Shown piece after piece: positions 1-8,296 of a stretch of DNA of 64,000 nucleotides. Under the pieces are notes generated by a model. It had not been told where the DNA came from. It saw nothing but the letters and a program-made list of their open reading frames with translations, and did no database searches. Position 1 is the first letter of the stretch. The number at the start of each line of letters is the position of its first letter. The position numbers and the translations under genes were made by a program. Origin of the DNA: Leptospirales bacterium (GTDB lineage Bacteria > Spirochaetota > Leptospiria > Turneriellales > JAOUFE01); assembly GCA_040326155.1 (NCBI GenBank), contig JBEQLE010000010.1:9454-73453 (forward strand), in the 5' to 3' direction.

Positions 1-397
1 TATGAATATTAATATCTTTATGGATTATCTTTTTTTCATGTATGCTTTCTATTCCGTCGGTTATTGATATTGCCAGTGATAAAAACTTTTTAATGGATAG
101 GTCTTCTTTCGCTAATAAATTCCCTAGAGAGTCTCCGCCAACTGACTCCATTACGATGACAGGTTTACCATCGTATTCAATCAATTTAATTGGTTTAATT
201 ACGTTTGGCGCATCAATAGTATCCAGAATTTTAAATTCTGTTTTAATATTCGCAATTTGATCTGGTGACGGATATTCACCGGCCAGACTTTTTAGAATGA
301 TTTCTACATTATCAGATTCTCGTCGACCACTGTAGATAATCGTTCTTTTATTCTGGTGCAGTATTCCATCTAAATTGTACCCTGATACTTTAATCAT
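1..397 (-). CDS. Ser/Thr protein kinase, N-terminal part, running off the window edge; probably a multidomain kinase-ATPase-sensor protein
   Basis: Not in the ORF track. Manual translation from ATG at 397 with RBS AAGGAA: MIKVSGYNLDGILHQNKRTIIYSGRRESDNVEIILKSLAGEYPSPDQIANIKTEFKIL...PVIVMESVGGDSL...IESIHEKKIIHKDINIH. Shows the subdomain II Lys, the alphaC Glu and the start of the HKD catalytic loop. Confidence 0.85.
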   Translation of the reverse strand, partial: MIKVSGYNLDGILHQNKRTIIYSGRRESDNVEIILKSLAGEYPSPDQIANIKTEFKILDTIDAPNVIKPIKLIEYDGKPVIVMESVGGDSLGNLLAKEDLSIKKFLSLAISITDGIESIHEKKIIHKDINIH

Positions 398-523
398 AAT
401 TTCCTTTGTAGATTATTATACAATTAAACTACAATTCCCTATATGATGTTCGATAAGTCAATAATTTAAAACATTCTATAGTCATGCGATAATTTTTAAA
501 TAAGTTTTTTTGTAATAAAAATC

Positions 524-551
524 TTGACTCGTACTTTCAGTGTTATAGGGT
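524..551 (+). promoter_or_regulatory. Putative sigma70-type promoter of precursor 1
   Basis: TTGACT-16 nt-TAGGGT upstream of RBS GGAGG; equivalent motif at 1185-1212. Confidence 0.5.
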
Positions 552-583
552 AGCATTACTCAAGTATGAGATGGAGGTAAATT

Positions 584-853
584 ATGGATTTACAACATGA
601 GAAAAATAGAGTTTTAACTCATTTAATTCTGGACAAGGGATTTCGGGACAGCTTGAAAAACAGTACGAGTGACGGCGTAAAAGACGTTATAAATGGCGCC
701 AATGTCGATCCCCCTTTGAAGGCCAGTGACCTTGATGACGGCTTTTTAACAAAATTGAAAACAGCCGTAGATACCAAGGATTTGGGAAGCCAACCAATTG
801 ATAGTATCGAATCTTTAAAAGGTGGAGTAGAACCTGCTCCTGCTTCCTGGTAA
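584..853 (+). CDS. Putative RiPP precursor peptide 1 (C-terminal PAPASW)
   Basis: 89 aa, RBS GGAGG, paralogous to 1247..1534, leader motif NRVLTHLILDKGFRDSL, upstream of three B12-radical SAM genes. Confidence 0.8.
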   Translation: MDLQHEKNRVLTHLILDKGFRDSLKNSTSDGVKDVINGANVDPPLKASDLDDGFLTKLKTAVDTKDLGSQPIDSIESLKGGVEPAPASW

Positions 854-887
854 TTTCACCAGAATTTTAAAGACTTTTGATGGTTAT

Positions 888-909
888 CGACCTGGCTTAG
901 TCCAGGTCG
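888..909 (+). terminator. Stem-loop downstream of precursor 1
   Basis: CGACCTGG-CTTAGT-CCAGGTCG perfect 8-bp stem without a U-tract; may be a stabilising or processing hairpin. Confidence 0.5.
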
Positions 910-928
910 CTATATTAGATGTCGGCGA

Positions 929-1069
929 GAATTCTATGATTTTATAGGGTTAATTGCCTTTGGTCATCAATAGTACCCAGAATTTCAAATTCTCTTCTTC
1001 CGCTGTAAACAGCGTTCATTTATTTTGTTGCAAAATTCCAGTTAAACTGCACCCTGATACATTAACCAT
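929..1069 (-). pseudogene. Degenerate duplicate of the 5' end of the Ser/Thr kinase gene
   Basis: Translates MVNVSGCSLTGILQQNK* versus MIKVSGYNLDGILHQNKR in the intact copy; then a frameshift and internal deletion before similarity resumes (GAATTTGAAATTCTGGGTACTATTGATG versus GAATTTAAAATTCTGGATACTATTGATG). Confidence 0.8.
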
Positions 1070-1184
1070 AATTACACTTGCAGATTTACTCTACTACTAA
1101 ACTACAATTGTCCCATGATGTTTAATGGGTTAATTATTAAACATCCGATATATTGATTTTAAAATGATTTTTTTAATAAAAATG

Positions 1185-1212
1185 TTGACCACCACTGTAG
1201 GTGATATACGGT
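1185..1212 (+). promoter_or_regulatory. Putative sigma70-type promoter of precursor 2
   Basis: TTGACC-16 nt-TACGGT, positionally equivalent to 524-551. Confidence 0.5.
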
Positions 1213-1246
1213 AGTATTAATAAAATTAAAAGATTGGAGGGAAATA

Positions 1247-1534
1247 ATGGAAACAAATGATCTACAAGGTTCACAAAACAGAATTTTAACTCACATGGTG
1301 CTAGATAAGGCTTTCTATGAAAGTTTGAAAGGCAAGACGATTGTGGAAATGAGAAACGTTGTAAATGACGCTCAGATCGATCCCAATTTACAGGCCGCCC
1401 AACTTGGTGACGATTTCTTTACAAGATTAGGTACAGCCGTCAATGATAATGGGGATTTGGAAACTAAACCAATTCAGGACATCTTAATCTTAAAAACTGA
1501 GGTGATGGGGCAGCCTGCACCAGCTTCCTGGTAA
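1247..1534 (+). CDS. Putative RiPP precursor peptide 2 (C-terminal PAPASW)
   Basis: 95 aa, RBS GGAGG, leader motif NRILTHMVLDKAFYESL, same last six residues as precursor 1. Confidence 0.8.
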   Translation: METNDLQGSQNRILTHMVLDKAFYESLKGKTIVEMRNVVNDAQIDPNLQAAQLGDDFFTRLGTAVNDNGDLETKPIQDILILKTEVMGQPAPASW

Positions 1535-1568
1535 TTTCACTAGAATTTTAAAGACTTTTGAAATTAGT

Positions 1569-1584
1569 CCTGGTTAAGTCCAGG
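1569..1584 (+). terminator. Stem-loop downstream of precursor 2 (paralog of 888-909)
   Basis: CCTGG-TTAAGT-CCAGG. Confidence 0.4.
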
Positions 1585-1659
1585 TCATAAAATCCGAGAA
1601 CAAAGCAATTATATGCTTCATGCATTATTTTGGCTTTGTCTGGACAAATCACAAGATAT

Positions 1660-1690
1660 AGGGCATCATCATAGCGGGTGATGCCTTTTC
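1660..1690 (+). terminator. Terminator/attenuator-like hairpin before the first radical SAM gene
   Basis: AGGGCATCATC-ATAGCG-GGTGATGCCTT stem with G-U pairs, running into a short T tract. Confidence 0.5.
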
Positions 1691-1706
1691 AACAGGGTAG
1701 TAGAAT

Positions 1707-3569
1707 ATGAAAACTGTACTTATAGCAACTCACCAGGTTTCTTTTGATCTTCCGGTATCGTTATATTGTAGCATGGGTGTTCTGACCCTGGCTACTGCTC
1801 TAAAAAAGCGTAACCTGCCATGCGAAGTTCTTGATTTATTTGAACATAATGATTTACATGAAAGCAATTATGATGAAGCTATAGATGCAGTTGTTGAAAA
1901 AATTCTTTTATCGAAACCGGACGTTATAGGCTTTTCAACGATGAGCGATAATTTAATCATCGCTCTGGAGCTGGCAAAACGGATAAAGCAAGCTCGTCCC
2001 GCAGTTCATACTATTTTGGGCGGCCCGGGAAGCGCCTTTTGCGCACAAGACATCCTTTTAAACTTTCCCCATACCGACCTGGTCATCCGAGGAGAGGCGG
2101 ACGATGTTTTCCCCGAATATATCGAGTCTCTGAATCAAGGGCAGACCAATAACGATTTACGCGGATTGGTATTTCGCAACGAACAAAAAATAATCGATAA
2201 CGGATGGCCGGACCCGATAAAAGATATGGACTCTCTTCCGATATCGGATTATAATTTAATTAATGGATTAGGTATAAAACCTGGTGATCACAGGTATGGC
2301 GGTTTCGGTGTTGTTACGATCGAAATTGGCCGCGGTTGCCCCTATTCCTGTTCTTTTTGTTCTACTTCCACCTATTTTAATCGGGAATTCAGGGTAAAAT
2401 CTACGGACCGCATAATCGAAGAGATGTTATTGATTGAAAAAAAACTGGGGCCAGTCCGGATACTATTCAATCATGATACTTTTACAGTAGATCGAGAGTA
2501 TGTATTAGAACTATGCGATAAAATTATAAAAAATATCCCCAACCCGGACTGGTTATGCTTTTCCAGACTGGATACGCTTGATAAAGAGATGTATACAAAA
2601 ATGGGAGAAGCCGGTTGTACCGATATCTTTGTAGGACTTGAAAGCGCTACAAAGAAAATGCAAAAGACGCTCAATAAAAAACTGGATGTCAATGAATTTG
2701 ATATGTTACTGGACATTGCCAAGAATACGAAAATTGGAATTGTCCTTGCATTTATTGTCGGTTTTCCCGAAGAAGAAAAACAAGACATTAAAGAAATGCT
2801 CTCGTTTTTACTCAAAGTAAAATATTTAACTCGGGACCAATCCACCATTATCTTTGCCGCATTAACCCCTATGATCGGGACTCCTATATATAAAACATGG
2901 AAAAACAAATTAGCGTATGATAAGTATGGTAGCAGAGGCACCACGGATATACCCTTTAAATGGACTTCCTTTAGAGAGACGATTCAGGCATATCCTGAAA
3001 TTTTTTCTGTATTTTTTCATTTGGACACCGGTGGCGCTAAAAGATTGAATGATGTAAAATATCAGTCCATAGTCGCAACACTGGATATAATATTAAATGC
3101 ATCAATTTTAATAGCTTATGAATGGTTAGAGAAAGGTGTTGCCGAGGCTTTGGTTCAACATATCGATGAAATTAATTTTCCTGAACCGACACGGGCGGGA
3201 TTCTTCGACTCTCCGGCTTTGGCGGAATCGATTCGAAAGGTAATTTACACAGCTATGCAGAATGAACCGTTAGCGCAGGCAATGTTTGACGCTGTGGCTA
3301 AATATGAGATAGCCAAATACGAAGTGCAGTTAATAAAAAACAGCAGCCATTCTATAGTTATTGAGGTTATTGTCGATCCGATTCCTTTGGCCGAGCAAAT
3401 TGAAAATCGCATGGGAATGAAAAAAATTGCTGAAAATTTAACTGTGAACAATCAACCAATGCATTATATGGTAATTCGTGATGAAGAGAATCAAAAGATT
3501 AAAGCTACGAAAGTTTCTTCTGACATGGTCAAAATTCTTGACTCAGATGCAAAGGCAGTGGAGACTTAA
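1707..3569 (+). CDS. Cobalamin-dependent radical SAM protein 1 (putative RiPP maturase)
   Basis: N-terminal B12-binding domain (KPDVIGFS, ILGGPG, IRGEAD), GRGCPYSCSFC CxxxCxxC motif, GLES, FIVGFPEE, long C-terminal extension. Confidence 0.92.
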   Translation: MKTVLIATHQVSFDLPVSLYCSMGVLTLATALKKRNLPCEVLDLFEHNDLHESNYDEAIDAVVEKILLSKPDVIGFSTMSDNLIIALELAKRIKQARPAVHTILGGPGSAFCAQDILLNFPHTDLVIRGEADDVFPEYIESLNQGQTNNDLRGLVFRNEQKIIDNGWPDPIKDMDSLPISDYNLINGLGIKPGDHRYGGFGVVTIEIGRGCPYSCSFCSTSTYFNREFRVKSTDRIIEEMLLIEKKLGPVRILFNHDTFTVDREYVLELCDKIIKNIPNPDWLCFSRLDTLDKEMYTKMGEAGCTDIFVGLESATKKMQKTLNKKLDVNEFDMLLDIAKNTKIGIVLAFIVGFPEEEKQDIKEMLSFLLKVKYLTRDQSTIIFAALTPMIGTPIYKTWKNKLAYDKYGSRGTTDIPFKWTSFRETIQAYPEIFSVFFHLDTGGAKRLNDVKYQSIVATLDIILNASILIAYEWLEKGVAEALVQHIDEINFPEPTRAGFFDSPALAESIRKVIYTAMQNEPLAQAMFDAVAKYEIAKYEVQLIKNSSHSIVIEVIVDPIPLAEQIENRMGMKKIAENLTVNNQPMHYMVIRDEENQKIKATKVSSDMVKILDSDAKAVET

Positions 3570-3587
3570 AAGTCTCGGTCTCTAAAT

Positions 3588-5429
3588 ATGAAAGTTACCC
3601 TGGTTGCGACGCATCAGATAACGAAAACGCATCCAACTCCGCTCTATAGCGCATTGGGAGTGCTTGCACTCGCTGCGGCAGTAAAACAGCGGCAATATGA
3701 ATGTGAAGTTATTGATCTGGTTCGCTATAATAAGGTGGCGGAACATTTGTTTGAACCGATGGCAGATGAAATTGCTGAAAAACTTTTAGAAACAAAACCC
3801 GATATTATTGGGTTTTCCACCATTACGGATAATTTAATTATTGCTCTTGAACTTGCTAAAAGAGTAAAAAAAATGTCACCGGGTATATGCATCATAATGG
3901 GTGGGCCGGGAGTTTCCTATTGTTCTCAAGATGTATTAGAGAACTTTCCCGCTGTGAACTATATAATACGCGGGGAAGCGGATTATGCCTTTCCGGATTT
4001 TCTTTCAGCCTATGAAGCTAAGGACGAGAATCCCCAGATTAAAGGTCTCGTTTACCACAATGGCGATACCATGGTCGATTTGGGATGGCCAGACCCGGTT
4101 GAAGATCTGGATCAACTGCCTATTCCGGCATATGAATTTTGCACAGACATCGAATTTGAAACTTCATGGTATGACCATCGATATGGCTTTCTTATTGAAG
4201 CCGGTAGAGGCTGTCCGTACAATTGCAGTTTTTGTTCCTCTTCGTTTTATTTTAAACGGAAGTACAGAGTAAAATCGATTGAAAGATTAGTTAAGGAAAT
4301 TCATTATTTAAGAGGAAAGATTAAAAATAAAAGAGCTCGGTTCATTCATGATTTACTGACATTTAAACAAGATTATATGGAGAAGTTGTGCGAAGCTCTG
4401 ACTTTGGAGTTTCCAGATCTCAAATGGGGCTGCGATTCTCGCCTTGATACGATTGACCCTCCGTTAATAGAAAAAATGGTTAAATCGGGGTGTGACTTTA
4501 TATTTCTTGGCATTGAAGCTGCAACACCCAGAATGCAAAAAAACATCGGAAAAAGGCTCGATTTGAGTCGTATTGATACTGTATTGGAAAGTTTTAAAAA
4601 ATGGAAGATTAAATTTATTTTTTCATTCGTAGTGGGGTTGCCTGAAGAGGATGAGTCGGATATCAGGGCGATCTTTAAGTTGGCATTTAAAACAAGAGCT
4701 GCATGTGGAAATAATTGTACCGTACAACTGCATCCTTTAATACCCGAACTGGGCTCCAGTCTGTTTCCTGAAGATTTAAATGATATCGTATACGATGTAA
4801 ATCATAGAATGGTGGAAAATGCGCTGCCATTTCACTGGACCGAACTTCGAAAAATCGTACAAAAACACCCAGGTATATTTCCGAGTTTTTACAGACTTAA
4901 AAAAACGTTAGGTAATTATTCCTCACCTGAAACTGACCCGTCAAAATTTGCCCACTTTACGCTGATTCTTCAAGAAGGAATGATAAATTCTCTGCTTTTT
5001 GCTTATCGCGTGCTGGGGGACGAACAACTGGCAAAAGTAATTTTTGAGTGTATGGATGAATTCACTTTTGCAGATATGGATACAAGAGAAGAAGCGGAAT
5101 TTAACGACATATTTACTTTGATACGAACAAGAACCGCCAATTTGATTGGAGAAAATGAGGAAAACAAAAGACTCGTCGAAGTATTTAAATCTCTGGCAAC
5201 ATTTGAAATGGCAGTTTATAAAATCAGGCAAAAAGAATCCTCCGAATATATTGAACAAATTGATGTTTCCTATTCCGAAGAGGAAATGCTGTTTTTAGCC
5301 TCAAATCCAGATGCTCATGAAGATGTATCTCCCAGACAGAGGCGCTTAATGATACTTTGGGACAAAGGTGAAAGTAACATTAAGTGTGTGGAAGTGTCTC
5401 TAGACATGCAAAATTTAGCAAACATTTAA
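3588..5429 (+). CDS. Cobalamin-dependent radical SAM protein 2 (putative RiPP maturase)
   Basis: KPDIIGFS, IMGGPG, IRGEAD, GRGCPYNCSFC; full-length paralog of its neighbours. Confidence 0.92.
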   Translation: MKVTLVATHQITKTHPTPLYSALGVLALAAAVKQRQYECEVIDLVRYNKVAEHLFEPMADEIAEKLLETKPDIIGFSTITDNLIIALELAKRVKKMSPGICIIMGGPGVSYCSQDVLENFPAVNYIIRGEADYAFPDFLSAYEAKDENPQIKGLVYHNGDTMVDLGWPDPVEDLDQLPIPAYEFCTDIEFETSWYDHRYGFLIEAGRGCPYNCSFCSSSFYFKRKYRVKSIERLVKEIHYLRGKIKNKRARFIHDLLTFKQDYMEKLCEALTLEFPDLKWGCDSRLDTIDPPLIEKMVKSGCDFIFLGIEAATPRMQKNIGKRLDLSRIDTVLESFKKWKIKFIFSFVVGLPEEDESDIRAIFKLAFKTRAACGNNCTVQLHPLIPELGSSLFPEDLNDIVYDVNHRMVENALPFHWTELRKIVQKHPGIFPSFYRLKKTLGNYSSPETDPSKFAHFTLILQEGMINSLLFAYRVLGDEQLAKVIFECMDEFTFADMDTREEAEFNDIFTLIRTRTANLIGENEENKRLVEVFKSLATFEMAVYKIRQKESSEYIEQIDVSYSEEEMLFLASNPDAHEDVSPRQRRLMILWDKGESNIKCVEVSLDMQNLANI

Positions 5430-5433
5430 CAAA

Positions 5434-7275
5434 ATGAAAACCCTGCTTATTGCCACTCACCAGATCTCTTTTTCGCAGCCGCAATCTTTATACAATTGTC
5501 TTGGTGTGTTAACTCTGGCCGCTTGCTTGAAAAAGCGCAACCTGAATTGTGAAGTTTTAGACCTGTTTGAATATAACGACCTTTATAATCGAGATTGCAG
5601 TGAAGTATTGGATTCCATTGCTCAAAAAATTATAGCCGCAAAGCCCGACATTCTTGGTTTTTCGGCGATGATCAATAATCTACCCATTGCCCTGGAGTTG
5701 GCCGCTCGTGTTAAGAAAATTCGACCCGATGTGTTTACTGTTTTTGGAGGACCGGGCGCAGCTTTTTGTGCCAAAGAAGTTCTGTTAAATTTTAAACAAG
5801 TGGATGTCATTTTTCGAGGCGAGGCCGATGTGGTCTTTCCCGGTTATATTGAAAATTTAGCAAATAATAATAACAGCAACAACTCGGTTCCAGGGTTGAT
5901 TTTTCGAAACGGAGCAGAAATCGTAGATAACGGCTGGCCCGAACCGATTGCAAATCTGGATGAGCTTCCCGTTCCAGATTATCATTTTGACAGTGAATCT
6001 TATAAGAGTCAGACAACAAAGCAATTTGGCGATTACAATGGTGTCTCCATAGAAGTCGGCCGCGGTTGTCCATATACGTGTACGTTTTGTTCCACTTCCG
6101 AGTATTTTAAACGAAAGTATCGGTTAAAGACCGTTGATCGAATTATTGAAGAAATATTATTAATACATAGAAGACTTGGTCGGGCCAGAATTATTTTTAA
6201 CCACGATCTTCTCACTTTAAAGCGAAAGTTTGTTTTCGAATTATGCGAACAAATTGAAGCGCGCGTTCCAGGGTTAATCTGGAAGTGCCACGCCAGGTTG
6301 GATACTCTGGACTCAGAAATGCTTACCAAAATGAACGAAGCCGGCTGTAATGAAATTTTTCTGGGTCTTGAAAATGCCACAGAGAAAATGCAAAAAATTG
6401 TGAAAAAGAAGCTGGACCTGGATAAATTTGACGTGCCGCTGGAGAGCGCCGCCTCCTTAGATATGAAGTTCAGTCTCTCTTTTATTGTAGGTTTCCCGGA
6501 AGAAGAGGAGGAAGACATTCGCGCTATCTTTGCCTACTCTTTAAAAGCAAAACAGATGTGCCGCGAAAAAGTCCAAATTAAAATTCATACACTGGCTCCG
6601 CTGGTTGGCTCGGCTTTGTATGAACAATGGAAAGATAGACTGGTGTACGACGCCTATGGAAGTATTTCGACTACCGATATTCCGCATTCCTGGAGCTCTT
6701 TAAGAAACACCATTCAAGGTCACCCCGAGATATTTTCCATATATTTTCATTTAGACATTGGACAATCGCGAAGAATAAATTCGTCCAAATATGGCTATTT
6801 AGGTTTAATTATTGAGAAATTGATGATTTATAGTATGTCGTTGGCCCATGAATGGCTCGGCGATAGCATTGCCGAAATTTTTGTAAATAATATTGATGAA
6901 ATTATTTTACCGCAAGCCGCATCGGCAAAAGACTCAGAATATCATGCTCTGGCGCAGTCTGTCAGAAAACTACTCACAAAGGCTTTGCAATACGATTCGG
7001 TAGCACAGAGCATGTACGATGCTGTGGCCCAATATGAAATTGCCGTTCTCGATATAATGAGCAATAGAACGAATGGCTACATGAAAGTTATTGAAGTCTA
7101 TTATGACCCGGAGGAATTAATAGAACGAATCCATAAATGGCAGACTATGAAACAAGTTGCTGAAAATCTAAACAAAAGAGATGAACCGCTTTGCTTAATG
7201 ATTTTATGGGACGATAAGGAAAATAAACTGAAACGAACGGAAATTTCACCGGATTTCGCTCACCTAGTCAGTTAA
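5434..7275 (+). CDS. Cobalamin-dependent radical SAM protein 3 (putative RiPP maturase)
   Basis: KPDILGFS, VFGGPG, FRGEAD, GRGCPYTCTFC; visibly closest to protein 1. Confidence 0.92.
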   Translation: MKTLLIATHQISFSQPQSLYNCLGVLTLAACLKKRNLNCEVLDLFEYNDLYNRDCSEVLDSIAQKIIAAKPDILGFSAMINNLPIALELAARVKKIRPDVFTVFGGPGAAFCAKEVLLNFKQVDVIFRGEADVVFPGYIENLANNNNSNNSVPGLIFRNGAEIVDNGWPEPIANLDELPVPDYHFDSESYKSQTTKQFGDYNGVSIEVGRGCPYTCTFCSTSEYFKRKYRLKTVDRIIEEILLIHRRLGRARIIFNHDLLTLKRKFVFELCEQIEARVPGLIWKCHARLDTLDSEMLTKMNEAGCNEIFLGLENATEKMQKIVKKKLDLDKFDVPLESAASLDMKFSLSFIVGFPEEEEEDIRAIFAYSLKAKQMCREKVQIKIHTLAPLVGSALYEQWKDRLVYDAYGSISTTDIPHSWSSLRNTIQGHPEIFSIYFHLDIGQSRRINSSKYGYLGLIIEKLMIYSMSLAHEWLGDSIAEIFVNNIDEIILPQAASAKDSEYHALAQSVRKLLTKALQYDSVAQSMYDAVAQYEIAVLDIMSNRTNGYMKVIEVYYDPEELIERIHKWQTMKQVAENLNKRDEPLCLMILWDDKENKLKRTEISPDFAHLVS

Positions 7276-7326
7276 TACACTTTCTGCCTGAAAGGATTGT
7301 TTACGGTATGTTCTAAGATTTAAGTA

Positions 7327-8250
7327 TTGCCTGTGAAGCAGTATCAATTATTTAAAGATAAAGCCATATTGGCTGTAAAAGGTTTTATGATGGGTACCGC
7401 CGACGTTGTACCCGGAGTTTCCGGTGGAACCATCGCTTTAATTAGTGGAATTTATGAACACCTCATTACCGCCCTTAGTTCCGTAAAAATTTCCCATGCA
7501 AAAGATCTATTTTTCCTGATTTTTACACGGCCCGGTTCCGAGAAAAGAGTCGCCGCAATTCATTCCTTAACAAGAATACCCTGGAATTTTCTACTTCCAC
7601 TTATGTTCGGTATCCTATCGGGCGCCATGGTCTTTTTCCGTATTATGCCCTACCTGTTAGAAACTCATCCTTTGTATACTTACTCCTTTTTCTTCGGCCT
7701 CATTTTATTTTCACTTACGATACCGTATAAACATATGCATAAACATCTTTATGATTTTGCAATTTTAATCTTTTTTGCCTTTGTCACATTTATGGTAACC
7801 GTTTTTATTGGCGAGCAGGAAGGCACTACAAATCTATTTTACATATTTTTTTCCGGCGCTCTGGCCATTTGCGCCATGATTCTGCCCGGTATTTCCGGCG
7901 CTTACATACTTTTAATATTAGGGGAATACCATATTATAACAGACTCCCTTGAATTCCCGTTTGATCTGCCCATTGTACTTACTTTTATTGCCGGCATGGT
8001 GATCGGTTTGCTCTCTTTTGTTCGTTTGTTAAAGTCTCTATTGTATCATCATCACTCTCGAACTATGGCCGCCTTGACCGGAGCGATGGTCGGTAGCATG
8101 TATAAACTTCTACCTTTTCCTCATATAAAAGGTTCGATAGGTACCTCCGATTACGCTATATTTGCTGCTATGGCCCTGTTGGGAATGTTATTTATTTTTG
8201 CCATGGAGCGGGCTGCTCTCGCAGTGAAAGATCCGGAACCGCCGATTTAA
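7327..8250 (+). CDS. DUF368 family membrane protein (putative undecaprenyl phosphate translocase)
   Basis: GFMMGTADVVPGVSGGTIA and AMILPGISGAY repeats, many TM helices. Confidence 0.9.
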   Translation: MPVKQYQLFKDKAILAVKGFMMGTADVVPGVSGGTIALISGIYEHLITALSSVKISHAKDLFFLIFTRPGSEKRVAAIHSLTRIPWNFLLPLMFGILSGAMVFFRIMPYLLETHPLYTYSFFFGLILFSLTIPYKHMHKHLYDFAILIFFAFVTFMVTVFIGEQEGTTNLFYIFFSGALAICAMILPGISGAYILLILGEYHIITDSLEFPFDLPIVLTFIAGMVIGLLSFVRLLKSLLYHHHSRTMAALTGAMVGSMYKLLPFPHIKGSIGTSDYAIFAAMALLGMLFIFAMERAALAVKDPEPPI

Positions 8251-8296
8251 TCCCAATTTTGGTTGTCGTCCGATAACCAAAACAGACTTTTGTTCC

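Noticed and set aside
42..260. 72 aa plus-strand ORF
   Set aside because: Antisense shadow of the minus-strand kinase gene.
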